From Candidatus Kaiserbacteria bacterium (GTDB lineage Bacteria > Patescibacteriota > Minisyncoccia > Phycocordibacterales > UBA2100): a stretch of 64,000 bases of DNA. The position numbers and the translations under genes are program-made. The stretch lies in the NCBI GenBank assembly GCA_016217925.1, contig JACRFK010000003.1, positions 78,925 to 142,924 on the forward strand, in the 5' to 3' direction. The notes under the pieces were generated by a model, which was not told the DNA's origin, did not search any database, and saw nothing but the letters and a program-made list of their open reading frames with translations. Each line of letters starts with the position of its first letter. The stretch's first letter is position 1. Below, in pieces: positions 20,831-30,810 of the stretch.

Positions 20831-21283
20831 CTATTCAATAAGACCAAGCACCTCGTCCATCTCACCCACGGTTTTCCAGGGGTGGTCGGCTTCGATAGCG
20901 GGTTCGAGATCCGCGAATTTTCCGCGCTTGAGCCAGATAGTGCGCATTCCGCACTGGTTTCCGCAGCGGATTTCTTTGTGCAAGTGGTCGCCGACGACAT
21001 ACATCTGTTTGGGGTGTACGTCGGCCCGCCTCAAGATCTCGAAGAAGAGCGTCGGGTCTTTCCGCTCTACGAAGAACGATTCGGTAAAGAAGTCCTTGAC
21101 ACCCAACTCCTCAAGGAGCTGGGGCCGGCTTTCGTCGGCCTTTGAAACGAGATACAGGGGCACCGCACGGGCACGCAAAGTATCCAGTACCGCGCGAGCG
21201 CCCGACAGCATACCGCCCGTTTCCGGGTCGTAAATGGTCCTATTAAAATCGAATATCACGGCGATATCGCCTTTAGAGTTCAT
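20831..21283 (-). CDS. HAD-like hydrolase
   Basis: IFDFNRT, VVGDHLHKEI...GMRTIW. Confidence 0.8.
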   Translation of the reverse strand: MNSKGDIAVIFDFNRTIYDPETGGMLSGARAVLDTLRARAVPLYLVSKADESRPQLLEELGVKDFFTESFFVERKDPTLFFEILRRADVHPKQMYVVGDHLHKEIRCGNQCGMRTIWLKRGKFADLEPAIEADHPWKTVGEMDEVLGLIE

Positions 21284-21397
21284 ATATCTCTTACTCGGGT
21301 CTACATCAACCCCATCACTTCCGAAGACTAGCTGTTAAGTGATGATGGTAGCGGTTTTCTTCATAAATGCAAGCCGCTCTCCTGCGACTCCTGTGGA

Positions 21398-23032
21398 TTA
21401 CGAAGCCGACGCGGGCAACTCGACGATGAACCGCGAGCCCTTGCCGGCACCTTCCGATTCGGCCCAGATCTTGCCGCCGTGTGCTTCTACCACTTGCTTG
21501 GCTATGAAGAGGCCGTAGCCTGTGGAGTGGACGTTTATCTTGATGGAATCTTTGCCGTGGCCACCCTCCGTAAAGAGGTTTTTCATGTCTTCGGGCGTGA
21601 TGCCGACGCCGCTGTCTTTGACCGAGAAGTGGATTTTCCCGTTGCCGTCGGAAAGCTCCACTCGTATTGTGCCTTTGGGCGTGTATTTGATGGCATTGTC
21701 CACAAGATTGCGTATCACATGCTGACGGAGTTTCGTTTCGTCGCCGTTGAGCCTATAGTTCTCGTTGTTTGCTATGGCAATGTCTATACCGATGTGCTTC
21801 TCGTCAGCCGCTGGTTTGAGATGTTCTGTAACATCCAGTATTGCTTTTTTGAGATCGAATGGTTGCATTGTATAAGCGGTTGTTCCCTTCTTTAGATTTG
21901 AAGAATCCAATATTTCCATAACGGTCCGAACTCCCTTACGGACGTCCGCTAGCGCAGCCTTCGACATAGTCTGCAATTTCTCCGGTATTGCGCCGTAATC
22001 CCCTTCCGAGATAGCCGCAAATCCCGCCTCGCTCTTGGTGAGGTAGCCCTTAATCTCGTGACTGATGAAATGCAAAAGATTTTCCTGCTGCTTATTCACC
22101 ACCTCAAGCTCCTGCTCCTGCTTTTGTATCAACTCCCTCTGCGCGACTTCCCTCTTCACGCTCCGGACAAGGAAGATGCCGCTGATCAAAAAGGCGAACA
22201 ACGTAACTCCGGACAAAATAGTCCCGATTGTTGTCGTGCTATAGAACATCCGCGCCCCAATGAGCACGGCAATTCCGATTACAAGCGCCTGCGTGGCGAT
22301 AAGTTTTATGTTGAACGCCTTGAACTTAACGACAGTGTAAGTAAGAAGGGCGATAAAGACCGGCATACCGAATAATCCGGCCTGCGCTACGTTCCAGTTC
22401 TCGGTCCAACTCCCGATAATGTTTCCGGAGGAAAAGGCTAGCAGGAAGATAAGAATGCCGGTCGTAAAAAGGGCGATCTCCATTTTCCGCCGGGGTTCCC
22501 TGACAATACCCTCATAACTCACGATGAGGATGAGCAGGCTCAGGAATATTTCAATCCCATAGGTAAAGACGAAATTAAGCAGTGAATTCTCGGAAATGAC
22601 ACACGTCGAAAGATCTACACCCGTAAACAAATAATTGGTCGGCAGCAATACAATAATCGGGGCGAGCAAAATAACAAGCCCGACCTTGGGTAGGAATTGC
22701 AGGTCCTTCTGGAAAATAAATGTGTACGCAAAATAAAAAGCAGACATATACACAAACATCTCGGCCAAAACTTGCAAACTCCAGAGGAATAAGTCCACGT
22801 CGGGCAGGTTCAGTGCCCAGAGAGGAATGTCGATGATTGTCCACAGACTGAAAAAAAAGATCGTGGAAAGGAATAACTTGACCGGCAAAGAGCCTCTTAC
22901 TTGCGGCAGCAGAATAGAACCGAAGACAACCGCCGCTAGGATAGCGATTAGGTGCGAATAGTACAGAAGGGGCGGTACATTGCTTGAGAAAACGAAATAC
23001 TGTGCTGCTTCCCAGGGGCAAAGTGATTCCAT
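21398..23032 (-). CDS. multi-TM sensor histidine kinase
   Basis: FISHEIK (H box), NLVDNAIKY, DSGVG, GYGLFI. Confidence 0.93.
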   Translation of the reverse strand: MESLCPWEAAQYFVFSSNVPPLLYYSHLIAILAAVVFGSILLPQVRGSLPVKLFLSTIFFFSLWTIIDIPLWALNLPDVDLFLWSLQVLAEMFVYMSAFYFAYTFIFQKDLQFLPKVGLVILLAPIIVLLPTNYLFTGVDLSTCVISENSLLNFVFTYGIEIFLSLLILIVSYEGIVREPRRKMEIALFTTGILIFLLAFSSGNIIGSWTENWNVAQAGLFGMPVFIALLTYTVVKFKAFNIKLIATQALVIGIAVLIGARMFYSTTTIGTILSGVTLFAFLISGIFLVRSVKREVAQRELIQKQEQELEVVNKQQENLLHFISHEIKGYLTKSEAGFAAISEGDYGAIPEKLQTMSKAALADVRKGVRTVMEILDSSNLKKGTTAYTMQPFDLKKAILDVTEHLKPAADEKHIGIDIAIANNENYRLNGDETKLRQHVIRNLVDNAIKYTPKGTIRVELSDGNGKIHFSVKDSGVGITPEDMKNLFTEGGHGKDSIKINVHSTGYGLFIAKQVVEAHGGKIWAESEGAGKGSRFIVELPASAS

Positions 23033-23154
23033 ATATCGGGGAATTATACCACTTTGTTCCGCCCCAAGGAGATGCTAATCTTTGCTTATGCGTTGTTACG
23101 CATTTCGCGGGGGTCCCGATGCTATCAGCGGTTCGTTAGACATGCAGATGCTAT

Positions 23155-24255
23155 ATGGAAAAGAGTAAACTAAACAAGCTTTCGCCCGGCTTGAGGAGGC
23201 TCATTGTACCGGACGATACCGCGGCAGCGGGTACCCTGAGTGCGGGTGTAAAGGATAGTCCAATGCCGGTGAGCAAATTTGCGGAGAGGACATTGCTTCA
23301 CTGCAACGGCGGCTCGACTATGCGTGCAGCAGTGTGGCTGAAGAATCATTTGGAGAATGGCGGCAAATTAGTAGTGACGCTTGCGGGTGCCCTAAGCTCA
23401 TTTCAAATCGGCGTGATGTTGGCTGAACTCATAAGAAAGGACAAGGTACATTTGATATCCGCCACTGCCGCCAACCATGAAGAGTCATACTACCGCTATG
23501 TCGCGCACTCACACTACGCAAACATTCCCCGCTATACGGAGCTGACCCCTGAACAAGAGGCTGAGTTGCGTGACGCCGGCCTGCGTAGGATTACGGACAC
23601 GTTTCTACCCGAAGATGAAAGTGTGCGTATCATGGAACCGCATTTGCTCAAGATGTGGAAAGACGCGCAGGACAAAAAGGAAGCATACTTCCCGCATGAA
23701 TACTTCCGAAGATTGTTCGCGGACAAATTAATCGGCCCGGACCCTAAAGCCAACCCGGACGACTGTTGGACGTATGCTGCATTTGAAAAAAATATACCGA
23801 TTGTGACCCCGGGGTTTGAGGATTCTACGATGGGCAACATTTTTGCGGGTTACACCTATGCCGGGCCACATAAGAAAGAGGGAGATGTCTGCCTGGACGG
23901 TGACGTCATGAAAAGCGGGTTGGAATACTTTCATCTCATGTACGACTGGTACATGAAAGAGAGCAAGGACTCTCCCATCGCCTTTCTACAGCTGGGCGGG
24001 GGTATTGCGGCGGATTTTCCCATCTGCGTCGTCCCGTCGCTAAGACACGATTTGAAACCTGGTGGCAAAATTCGGGATTGGGCGGGTTTTATTGAAATCG
24101 GCTCCTCGCCGATGTCGTATGGGTCCTACTCCGGCGCGGGTGGAAAAGAAAAAATCACGTGGGATAAACTTTCCACTGAAAGTTACTACCAAGTTATCCA
24201 GAGCGATGTGACCGTAGCGTTCCCTTGGATAGCGGCCGTCCTCTTGGGCCTATAG
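23155..24255 (+). CDS. deoxyhypusine synthase-like protein
   Basis: LRRITDT, GFEDSTMG, GGGIAADF, GSYSGA...EKITWDK, SDVTVAFP. Confidence 0.85.
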   Translation: MEKSKLNKLSPGLRRLIVPDDTAAAGTLSAGVKDSPMPVSKFAERTLLHCNGGSTMRAAVWLKNHLENGGKLVVTLAGALSSFQIGVMLAELIRKDKVHLISATAANHEESYYRYVAHSHYANIPRYTELTPEQEAELRDAGLRRITDTFLPEDESVRIMEPHLLKMWKDAQDKKEAYFPHEYFRRLFADKLIGPDPKANPDDCWTYAAFEKNIPIVTPGFEDSTMGNIFAGYTYAGPHKKEGDVCLDGDVMKSGLEYFHLMYDWYMKESKDSPIAFLQLGGGIAADFPICVVPSLRHDLKPGGKIRDWAGFIEIGSSPMSYGSYSGAGGKEKITWDKLSTESYYQVIQSDVTVAFPWIAAVLLGL

Positions 24256-24267
24256 CCGGGAGGGTCC

Positions 24268-24399
24268 TCAAATTTCCTGGGCTTCAGAATCGAATGCGTC
24301 GAAGTCATTGCGCACGATTGCGCGGTCGTACGTAAGGTATATGGAAACGGCGACCGCAATAAAAAGCAGAGCAAGTAAGATTTTTGAACGCTTATCCAT
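24268..24399 (-). CDS. small single-TM protein (43 aa, absent from ORF track)
   Basis: MDKRSKILLALLFIAVAVSIYLTYDRAIVRNDFDAFDSEAQEI*. Confidence 0.6.
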   Translation of the reverse strand: MDKRSKILLALLFIAVAVSIYLTYDRAIVRNDFDAFDSEAQEI

Positions 24400-24453
24400 A
24401 GGTTGTTACATGTAGTCTATTGATATCGGACCGTTAGTACCGTACATGGTACC

Positions 24454-25371
24454 TCATGAAATGAACAAGAGGTAGGTCCCAATTGCGGTAATGCAGATAG
24501 CAATAATCTTTTGCCATATGTGCTTAACATGTATCTTCTCTGCCGATATTTTCGGGAAGAACAGTGTCAGGAATATACCTAAAGCAAGGACGAAGACCGG
24601 CTGAAAAGAATTGGTAAGAAGTATGAGAGCAATGGGCGAAAGTAAGAATGCGAAGGAAAGTATTACATTCCCCAGTATGTACAGGGACTCGTTTGCGACA
24701 TTGAGCGACAGGATGGCCCCGGAATTACTCCGTAACGCCGTAAGAAAGTGAGTGCGGTAGGAGCGAATAAATAGAAAAATGCAAATGCCTATTAGCGTGA
24801 GCATGAGATGCTCCCAGAACAACGATCGCCACACATTCTCTTCAAGTGCGACCCCCTTGAAGACGGCAGAGCCAAGCGCCCAAAAGAAGGTAGCAGCGAG
24901 CATGTACGCAACAGTTGCCCTACGAAGCTTAAAATTATTTTCTGCATCTATCTCGAAGGAAATGGCCGTCGTTCCAAGAATGATGACCGCCATGGCGATC
25001 AGCTGCATCCGTGTCAGCACTTCACCGAGGAGAAAAAAGCCAAGCACGAGTCCGAATACAGGTGCGAGTTGGAAAAATATGACGACAACTGACGCCTCCT
25101 CGTCTCTTAGAGCAAGCAGATAGAACCACAGCACCAATATGTGTAGTGTACCTACCCCCGCGAGAACGAGGATGCTTGTAGCGTCCATGCGTAACGCTGA
25201 CGGATCCGCAAGATAGAGAAACGGCAGTACGAATACGGAAAGCAGCGAAGAGAAGAGAATGATCACGCCGACACCTCGTCCCCTAAAGTATTTCTCCAAC
25301 AGGATTTTGTCGATATGGTTTGAGAGCGCATACAAGAACGTACCGGTAAGCGCTATAAAGAACCAGCTCAT
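24454..25371 (-). CDS. EamA/DMT family transporter
   Basis: About 10 TM helices in two repeats; P+F...LG..LLGE motif. Confidence 0.8.
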   Translation of the reverse strand: MSWFFIALTGTFLYALSNHIDKILLEKYFRGRGVGVIILFSSLLSVFVLPFLYLADPSALRMDATSILVLAGVGTLHILVLWFYLLALRDEEASVVVIFFQLAPVFGLVLGFFLLGEVLTRMQLIAMAVIILGTTAISFEIDAENNFKLRRATVAYMLAATFFWALGSAVFKGVALEENVWRSLFWEHLMLTLIGICIFLFIRSYRTHFLTALRSNSGAILSLNVANESLYILGNVILSFAFLLSPIALILLTNSFQPVFVLALGIFLTLFFPKISAEKIHVKHIWQKIIAICITAIGTYLLFIS

Positions 25372-25461
25372 ATGTATACGTGAGACTTTATGCTTGTTTG
25401 AATTGATTGGACTATCGCGTACCGACCGCCTGAAATGAGGTAAATTACAGAACGACGCTCG

Positions 25462-25854
25462 CTAATTAATATTGTGGTCAGGATATTTCAATCCGCGTTC
25501 AACAAGGCTCATTTCGACTTCTTCCAACTTGAATTTACGCTTGAGAAAGTCGCTAAAGAAGTTCGCGTCGATCCCATTCTTGCATGTGTAAATGTCCGCC
25601 GTTAGGAATTTACGGCGTGGGAAAGTGTGAATGCTGATGTGACTCTCTGCGATGACAACGAATCCACTCCAGCCACCCGGATCCTTCATATGATTGTCCG
25701 GTGCGCGATATACCTGAGGCTTTCCTAGCTGGTACATTTTCATGAGCTCACACAGCTCATCGAGACAGCCACGCACGATTTTTTTGTCGTCCAAAAGCGT
25801 GGGGCTTCCGCCATATCCGTCAACCATCACGTGTTCCCCGAAATGCATTGCCAT
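25462..25854 (-). CDS. speD: pyruvoyl-dependent AdoMet decarboxylase family proenzyme
   Basis: GWSGFVVIAESHISIHTFP, DIYTC. Confidence 0.85.
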   Translation of the reverse strand: MAMHFGEHVMVDGYGGSPTLLDDKKIVRGCLDELCELMKMYQLGKPQVYRAPDNHMKDPGGWSGFVVIAESHISIHTFPRRKFLTADIYTCKNGIDANFFSDFLKRKFKLEEVEMSLVERGLKYPDHNIN

Positions 25855-25875
25855 AATTCTCGAATTATATCACTT

Positions 25876-26367
25876 TTAGCTGCGGACGGCGGCGAGGGTT
25901 ATATATGCGCCTGCAAGCCACCAGAAGCGGTAGGCTTCGCCGAATACGGCCTGTACCTGATCACCGAAATGCCAGAGGGACGTGAGGCCGGGGACTTGGA
26001 GCCATAGCACGATGAGGATCGCCGTCGTAGCCACGCCGGCGAGAAGCGATTGCACGGGCTGTCCCGACGAATCGCTGTAGAAGCCGAGAATGCGATAGGT
26101 CAAAATGTAAGCGAGAACAACAAGCGCCAACAAAATAATTGCCTGGACCATTTGGGTCTGCGCCTTCTCGAGAATGCTACCCAGGAACGCCGCAGATGGC
26201 AGCGCGCTCAAAATAAGGAAGGCCAGCGGTAGCGCAAGAGCGAGCGATACCGCGCGATTTGTCCCGGCACGCAAGCATTCCGCAGCGATGACGACGGCAA
26301 TGAACCCGAGGATTATCCAGTTTGTCGGCCAGTTGGCAAACACGGAAGAAATCGAGGCGACGTTCAT
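25876..26367 (-). CDS. hypothetical membrane protein
   Basis: Several TM helices; TATAAT lies 6 nt before the ATG. Confidence 0.7.
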   Translation of the reverse strand: MNVASISSVFANWPTNWIILGFIAVVIAAECLRAGTNRAVSLALALPLAFLILSALPSAAFLGSILEKAQTQMVQAIILLALVVLAYILTYRILGFYSDSSGQPVQSLLAGVATTAILIVLWLQVPGLTSLWHFGDQVQAVFGEAYRFWWLAGAYITLAAVRS

Positions 26368-26412
26368 CAGCGCATTATACCCTTTTGAGGCAGGTTCTTC
26401 AGGGCGGGCTGT

Positions 26413-27516
26413 TTACAATCCTTCTTGTCTCAACTTCTCGATGAGTTCGCGCGCATGCCTCGAAAGCTTTTTTGGGAATTCGATATCCACACGTACCAAT
26501 AAATCGCCGCGGGCGCGACCGTGCGGTACGCCTTTGCCGCGTACCCGAATGACTTCGCCGTGAGCGATGCCCGGCTCTACGGTAAACATTTCGTCGCCGT
26601 CGAGCGTCTGTACACGGTACTCACCTCCGAGAAGTGCGTCGGAAAGTTTAATCGGGAGCGAAGTGACGAGGTTATTCCCCTCGCGTGAGAATTTTGCGTC
26701 GGATTTCACGTGCAATTTCACGTACAGGTCGCCCGGCGTAGCGCCCGGAGCAGCCTCACCTCGTCCCGGCATACGTATCATCTCTCCGTCCTCCACGCCG
26801 GAAGGCACAACGATGTGTATCTCTTCCTCGCGTTTGCGCACGCTTTCGCCACGGCACGCCTCACAGACCGTTTCGGGTATCTGACCTTTTCCGTGGCAGC
26901 GCGAGCACGGACGCGCCGACGTAAACGTCCCGAAAAATGAATTGCGTGACTCGCGAATCTCGCCTTTGCCGTTGCAGTTGGAACACGTGATGAGCTTCGA
27001 GCCTTTTTTTGCGCCGGAGCCGGCACAGGTGTCACATTGGCTCGTCTTGGTGAGCAGCACGCGGCGCTCGGCCCCGAATATTGATTCGCGGAAGGCAAGC
27101 TCTATATCTATTGAAATGTCGCGTCCCCGCCTCGTACGGGCCTGTCCGCCGCCGAATACGTCGCCAAAAATATCGCCCAAATCGAACTCAAATTGCTGCC
27201 CTCCGAAGGAGGGTCCGCCTCCGGCGGAAAAATTGGAGAAATCGAAGCCGCCGAATCCGCCTTGTCCTCCGAAGGAGGATCCACCTCCGGCGGACGGCCC
27301 CCCGCCTCCGGCGAAGGTCTTGCCGTAGGTATCGTATTCAGCGCGCTTCTTTTTATCGGAGAGTACCGAGTACGCCTCGCTCACCTCTTTGAATTTTTTC
27401 TCGTCGCCGCCTTTTTTATCGGGATGCAATTTGTGCGCCAGCTTTCTGAAAGCGGATTTGATTTCTTCTTCCGTCGCCGTCTTCGCGACGCCTAAAATAT
27501 CATAATAGTTTTTCAT
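26413..27516 (-). CDS. dnaJ: chaperone DnaJ
   Basis: HPD motif, G/F region, CxxCxGxG repeats. Confidence 0.97.
   Translation of the reverse strand: MKNYYDILGVAKTATEEEIKSAFRKLAHKLHPDKKGGDEKKFKEVSEAYSVLSDKKKRAEYDTYGKTFAGGGGPSAGGGSSFGGQGGFGGFDFSNFSAGGGPSFGGQQFEFDLGDIFGDVFGGGQARTRRGRDISIDIELAFRESIFGAERRVLLTKTSQCDTCAGSGAKKGSKLITCSNCNGKGEIRESRNSFFGTFTSARPCSRCHGKGQIPETVCEACRGESVRKREEEIHIVVPSGVEDGEMIRMPGRGEAAPGATPGDLYVKLHVKSDAKFSREGNNLVTSLPIKLSDALLGGEYRVQTLDGDEMFTVEPGIAHGEVIRVRGKGVPHGRARGDLLVRVDIEFPKKLSRHARELIEKLRQEGL
27199..27228. repeat. 30-bp double-hairpin element, in-frame in dnaJ ([10 protein letters not shown])
   Basis: ccctcc-gaa-ggaggg tccgcc-tcc-ggcgga. Confidence 0.8.
27265..27294. repeat. 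30-bp double-hairpin element, in-frame in dnaJ ([10 protein letters not shown])
   Basis: tcctcc-gaa-ggagga tccacc-tcc-ggcgga. Confidence 0.8.
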
Positions 27517-27578
27517 CCCGCTCCTTCTACACTAGTAAAACCATATTTGCAAAATGAATTTGAAAGGGCGGGATTCAT
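27511..27578 (-). repeat. ATCCCGCCCTTTC-ended element encoding a 21-aa mini-ORF overlapping the dnaJ start
   Basis: Minus strand ATGAATCCCGCCCTTTCAA...GTAGAAGGAGCGGGATGAAA. Confidence 0.8.
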
Positions 27579-27616
27579 ATCGGAGAAGTATTGTACTAAG
27601 GATACGTTCCCAAAGC

Positions 27617-27642
27617 AAAAGCCCCGCCGAGGCGGGGCTGCT
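27617..27642 (-). terminator. intrinsic terminator after dnaK
   Basis: agccccgcc-ga-ggcggggct with a T-run on the minus strand. Confidence 0.6.
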
Positions 27643-27644
27643 TG

Positions 27645-29543
27645 TCATTCCTTTTTCGGTTCCTCAGGCGGTTTCTGTTCGTCTTTCGGCGGTTCTTGTC
27701 CTCCGGAGGAGGATCCGCCTTCGGCGGACGGGGGGGTTTGCTGATTTTTGCTCATCGCTTCGCCTATCGCACTCATGGCGGTGGAAAGTGCTTCGGCAGC
27801 GGATTTGATTGCCGCTGCGTCAGTACCGGCTCGAGCCGCCTTGGCGGCTTCGATCTTTTCCTGGACGTTCTTCTTGATATCCTCGCTCACCTTATCTCCG
27901 TGCTCGCGGAGTGCTTTTTCGGCTGCGTAGACGATTTGGTCGGCTGCGTTTTGGGCCTCAACCACATCCTTTTTCTGTTTGTCCGCCTCGGCGTTCACCT
28001 CGGCATCTTTACGCATCTTTTCAATATCGGCCTCCGAGAGGCCGGAGCTACCTTCAATGCGAATGGACTGCTCCTTGTTCGTGGACTTGTCTTTGGCCTT
28101 TACGGTAAGTATGCCATTTGCATCAATGTCGAATGAGACCTCCACTTGGGGCATACCGCGCGGCGCCGGCGGGATACCGTCGAGGTTGAAGCGCCCAAGC
28201 GACTTATTGTCGCCCGCCATCGGGCGTTCGCCCTGCACGACGTGAATTTCAACGGACGGTTGATTGTCGCTCGCCGTGGAAAACGTCTGCGAGCGCGAGG
28301 TCGGAATGGTCGTATTGCGTTCGATGAGCTTGGTCGCCACACCACCCATCGTCTCGATGCCGAGCGAAAGCGGAATGACATCAAGGAGGAGCACGTCTTT
28401 GACATCACCCTGCAAAATGCCGCCTTGGATAGCTGCACCGATGGCCACGACTTCGTCGGGATTCACACTCAAGTTCGGTTTTTTGCCGAAGAATTCCTCT
28501 ACAGCCTTCTGCATAGCCGGCATGCGCGTCTGGCCCCCAACGAGAACGACTTCGTTGATATCTCCGACCTTGAAAGGCGATGCTTCGACGGCGCGCTTGG
28601 TGATGGTCATGGCACGGTCTAAAAATTCACGCGTAAGCTCTTCGAGCTTCCCCCTCGTCATCTTGATGAGCAAGTGCTGCGGGCCGGCGTCGGTCGAGGT
28701 GATGAACGGGATGTTTATCTCCGTCTCAAGTGCGGTGGAGAGCTCAATCTTTGCCTTTTCCGCAGCTTCGTCGAGCCGTTGGCGAGCGAGCGGGTCCTTA
28801 CTCACATCAATGCCAGATTCCTTTTTGAACTCATCGGAAATCCAAGTCATTATCTTTTGGTCGATATCCCGCCCGCCCAGGTGTGCGTCACCGTCTGTAG
28901 AGCGCACTTCGATAACGTCGTCACCGACTTCAAGTACCGAGATGTCGAACGTACCGCCGCCGAAATCGAAGACCGCTATTTTTTCGTTCTTCTTTTTGTT
29001 GAATCCGTATGCGAGAGCTGCCGCCGTCGGCTCGTTGATGATGCGCTTCACATCAAGGCCTGCGATTTTGCCTGCGTCCTTCGTCGCCTGACGTTGAGAG
29101 TCGTTGAAGTACGCGGGTACGGTGATGACGGCCTCCGTGATGGTCTCTCCCAGTCGCGCCTCGGCGTCTTGCTTTAGCTTCTGCAGTATCATCGCGGATA
29201 TCTCCTCGGGGCGGTACCATTTATCCGCCATTTTTACTTCAATACCGCCGTTTGCGGACTTTTGCGTTTCAAATGAGACGGCGGCGCGATCCTTTGCGAC
29301 CGCGGGTTCGTCGAACGTGTGGCCGATAAAGCGTTTTATCTGGTATACCGTGTTCTTTGGGTTCGTTACTCCCTGTCGTTTGGCAAGGAGGCCGACAAGT
29401 CGCTCTGACGTTTTACCGACAGCAACGACCGACGGAGTCGTGCGGGCGCCCTCTGCGTTCTCGATTATCTGCGGCTCACCGCCTTTCACCACAGCAATGG
29501 CGGAGTTGGTCGTGCCGAGGTCTATACCTAATATCTTGCTCAT
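27645..29543 (-). CDS. dnaK: chaperone DnaK
   Basis: [30 protein letters not shown]. Confidence 0.98.
   Translation of the reverse strand: MSKILGIDLGTTNSAIAVVKGGEPQIIENAEGARTTPSVVAVGKTSERLVGLLAKRQGVTNPKNTVYQIKRFIGHTFDEPAVAKDRAAVSFETQKSANGGIEVKMADKWYRPEEISAMILQKLKQDAEARLGETITEAVITVPAYFNDSQRQATKDAGKIAGLDVKRIINEPTAAALAYGFNKKKNEKIAVFDFGGGTFDISVLEVGDDVIEVRSTDGDAHLGGRDIDQKIMTWISDEFKKESGIDVSKDPLARQRLDEAAEKAKIELSTALETEINIPFITSTDAGPQHLLIKMTRGKLEELTREFLDRAMTITKRAVEASPFKVGDINEVVLVGGQTRMPAMQKAVEEFFGKKPNLSVNPDEVVAIGAAIQGGILQGDVKDVLLLDVIPLSLGIETMGGVATKLIERNTTIPTSRSQTFSTASDNQPSVEIHVVQGERPMAGDNKSLGRFNLDGIPPAPRGMPQVEVSFDIDANGILTVKAKDKSTNKEQSIRIEGSSGLSEADIEKMRKDAEVNAEADKQKKDVVEAQNAADQIVYAAEKALREHGDKVSEDIKKNVQEKIEAAKAARAGTDAAAIKSAAEALSTAMSAIGEAMSKNQQTPPSAEGGSSSGGQEPPKDEQKPPEEPKKE
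27699..27728. repeat. 30-bp double-hairpin element, in-frame in the dnaK tail ([10 protein letters not shown])
   Basis: tcctcc-gga-ggagga tccgcc-ttc-ggcgga; identical to 31179-31208. Confidence 0.9.
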
Positions 29544-29556
29544 ATAGTTGCTAGGT

Positions 29557-29585
29557 GTTATATGCTTTGCTAAGCACTTTGTCAA
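29557..29585 (-). promoter_or_regulatory. sigma70-type promoter of dnaK
   Basis: TTGACA-17 nt-TATAAC on the minus strand, 13 nt before the ATG. Confidence 0.7.
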
Positions 29586-29594
29586 CCCGGCGTT

Positions 29595-29678
29595 AAATTT
29601 TCAATTTGCAATTTACAATTTTGCAAATTTATACATTGTAAATTGATTGGAAATTAAAAATTGAGAATTGAAAATTCA
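29595..29678. repeat. AT-rich heptamer inverted-arm element (AATTTNC / GAAAATT-like)
   Basis: aattttc aatttgc aatttac ... aaaaatt gagaatt gaaaatt; sibling at 34064. Confidence 0.75.
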
Positions 29679-30218
29679 TTTCTTAACAATAACGTGCGCT
29701 GCCCGCAATACCCTGCCGTCCATTTTGTACCCGTAGCGCAATATTCGTGCCACTGTTCCGGATTCGCCCGCCACGTCGTCACGCTCTTCTACAGTTTCGT
29801 GTACCGCATGGTCGACAATTTGGCCGACTTTCCCGAATCGCTCCACGCCATGGCGCGAAAGCGCATCAAGAAGCTGGCTACGTATCTGCTCGATGCCGCT
29901 GCGCCACCCCGCGTCCATGCTCTCCCACGTTGGTGAGCTTGCGGCGATATCAAAACCGTCGAGCGCGGGGATGATATCCGCGATCAGGTCTTCCTTGGCA
30001 CGGGTGCCCAATCGCTCGGCGTTTGCAAGCATTTCTTTGCGTGCGTTCACACTATCGGCCTTGCAACGCTGCCACCCGTCGAGGTACTCCTGGCGCTCTG
30101 CCTTCACCTCCGCGAGTTCGTCCTTAAGTTTTTTGAGCTTTGCCTGTGCGGCGCCGACGTCCCCGAGCTCTTCATCGGGCTCGAAATTCAGTTCTTCATC
30201 CGGAGGGACGTTCTTCAT
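29676..30218 (-). CDS. grpE: nucleotide exchange factor GrpE
   Basis: YLDGWQRCKAD, GYKMDGRVLRAAHV; upstream of dnaK. Confidence 0.93.
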   Translation of the reverse strand: MKNVPPDEELNFEPDEELGDVGAAQAKLKKLKDELAEVKAERQEYLDGWQRCKADSVNARKEMLANAERLGTRAKEDLIADIIPALDGFDIAASSPTWESMDAGWRSGIEQIRSQLLDALSRHGVERFGKVGQIVDHAVHETVEERDDVAGESGTVARILRYGYKMDGRVLRAAHVIVKK

Positions 30219-30235
30219 GACGAAGCGAGTATAAC

Positions 30236-30265
30236 AAAAACACCCCGCGATTGCGAGGTGTTTTT
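30236..30265. terminator. hairpin with A/T tails upstream of grpE
   Basis: aaaaacacc-ccgcgattgcga-ggtgttttt. Confidence 0.55.
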
Positions 30266-30387
30266 GCTTGAGGGGTTGAATCTATCGCTTGCGTCACGAC
30301 TCTCGTCGCGCCACCGCGACTCGGTCGCGACCCCGCCTCGCGGCCTCGCCTACTGGCTCGGCATCGCTCCGGCCGTCGTAGTGTCAA

Positions 30388-30414
30388 GAAAAAGCGAAGC
30401 AGTTCGCTTTTTCT
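30388..30414 (-). terminator. terminator-like hairpin after rpsI
   Basis: gaaaaagcgaa-gcag-ttcgctttttc. Confidence 0.55.
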
Positions 30415-30808
30415 AGCGCTTCGACCATTGCGGCGCTCTGCGCGCAGCTTTGAGACCGAACTTCTTGCGTTCTTTTGCACGGGGGTCGCGTTTGAGGAAG
30501 CCTCGGACCTTGAGGTCTTTACGCTGCTCGGGGGTGACTTCTATCATCGCGCGGGAAAGACCGAGGCGTACCGCTTCTGCCTGCGCCTTGAGGCCGCCGC
30601 CCTGTACGTGCGCAGAGACAGCGTACGTCGCCCCCATAAGCTTCAACGGCGAAAATGCCATCTGCACCATGACCTCGAGCGGGAAGTATTCATTCGCAAG
30701 TTTACCGTTCACGGTCATCGAAGAGCTCTTCGCTTCGGTGATGCGCACGCGGGCTGTTGCGGTCTTCCGACGGCCTACTGCTTCTGTGTATCGTAATTCT
30801 TTTGCCAT
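30413..30808 (-). CDS. rpsI: 30S ribosomal protein S9
   Basis: GRRKTATARV, RDPRAKERKK, PQWSKR. Confidence 0.97.
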   Translation of the reverse strand: MAKELRYTEAVGRRKTATARVRITEAKSSSMTVNGKLANEYFPLEVMVQMAFSPLKLMGATYAVSAHVQGGGLKAQAEAVRLGLSRAMIEVTPEQRKDLKVRGFLKRDPRAKERKKFGLKAARRAPQWSKR

Positions 30809-30810
30809 AC

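Noticed and set aside
29545-29585. CIRCE (HrcA) operator upstream of dnaK
   Set aside because: Only TTAGCA-like fragments are present; there is no TTAGCACTC-N9-GAGTGCTAA arrangement.
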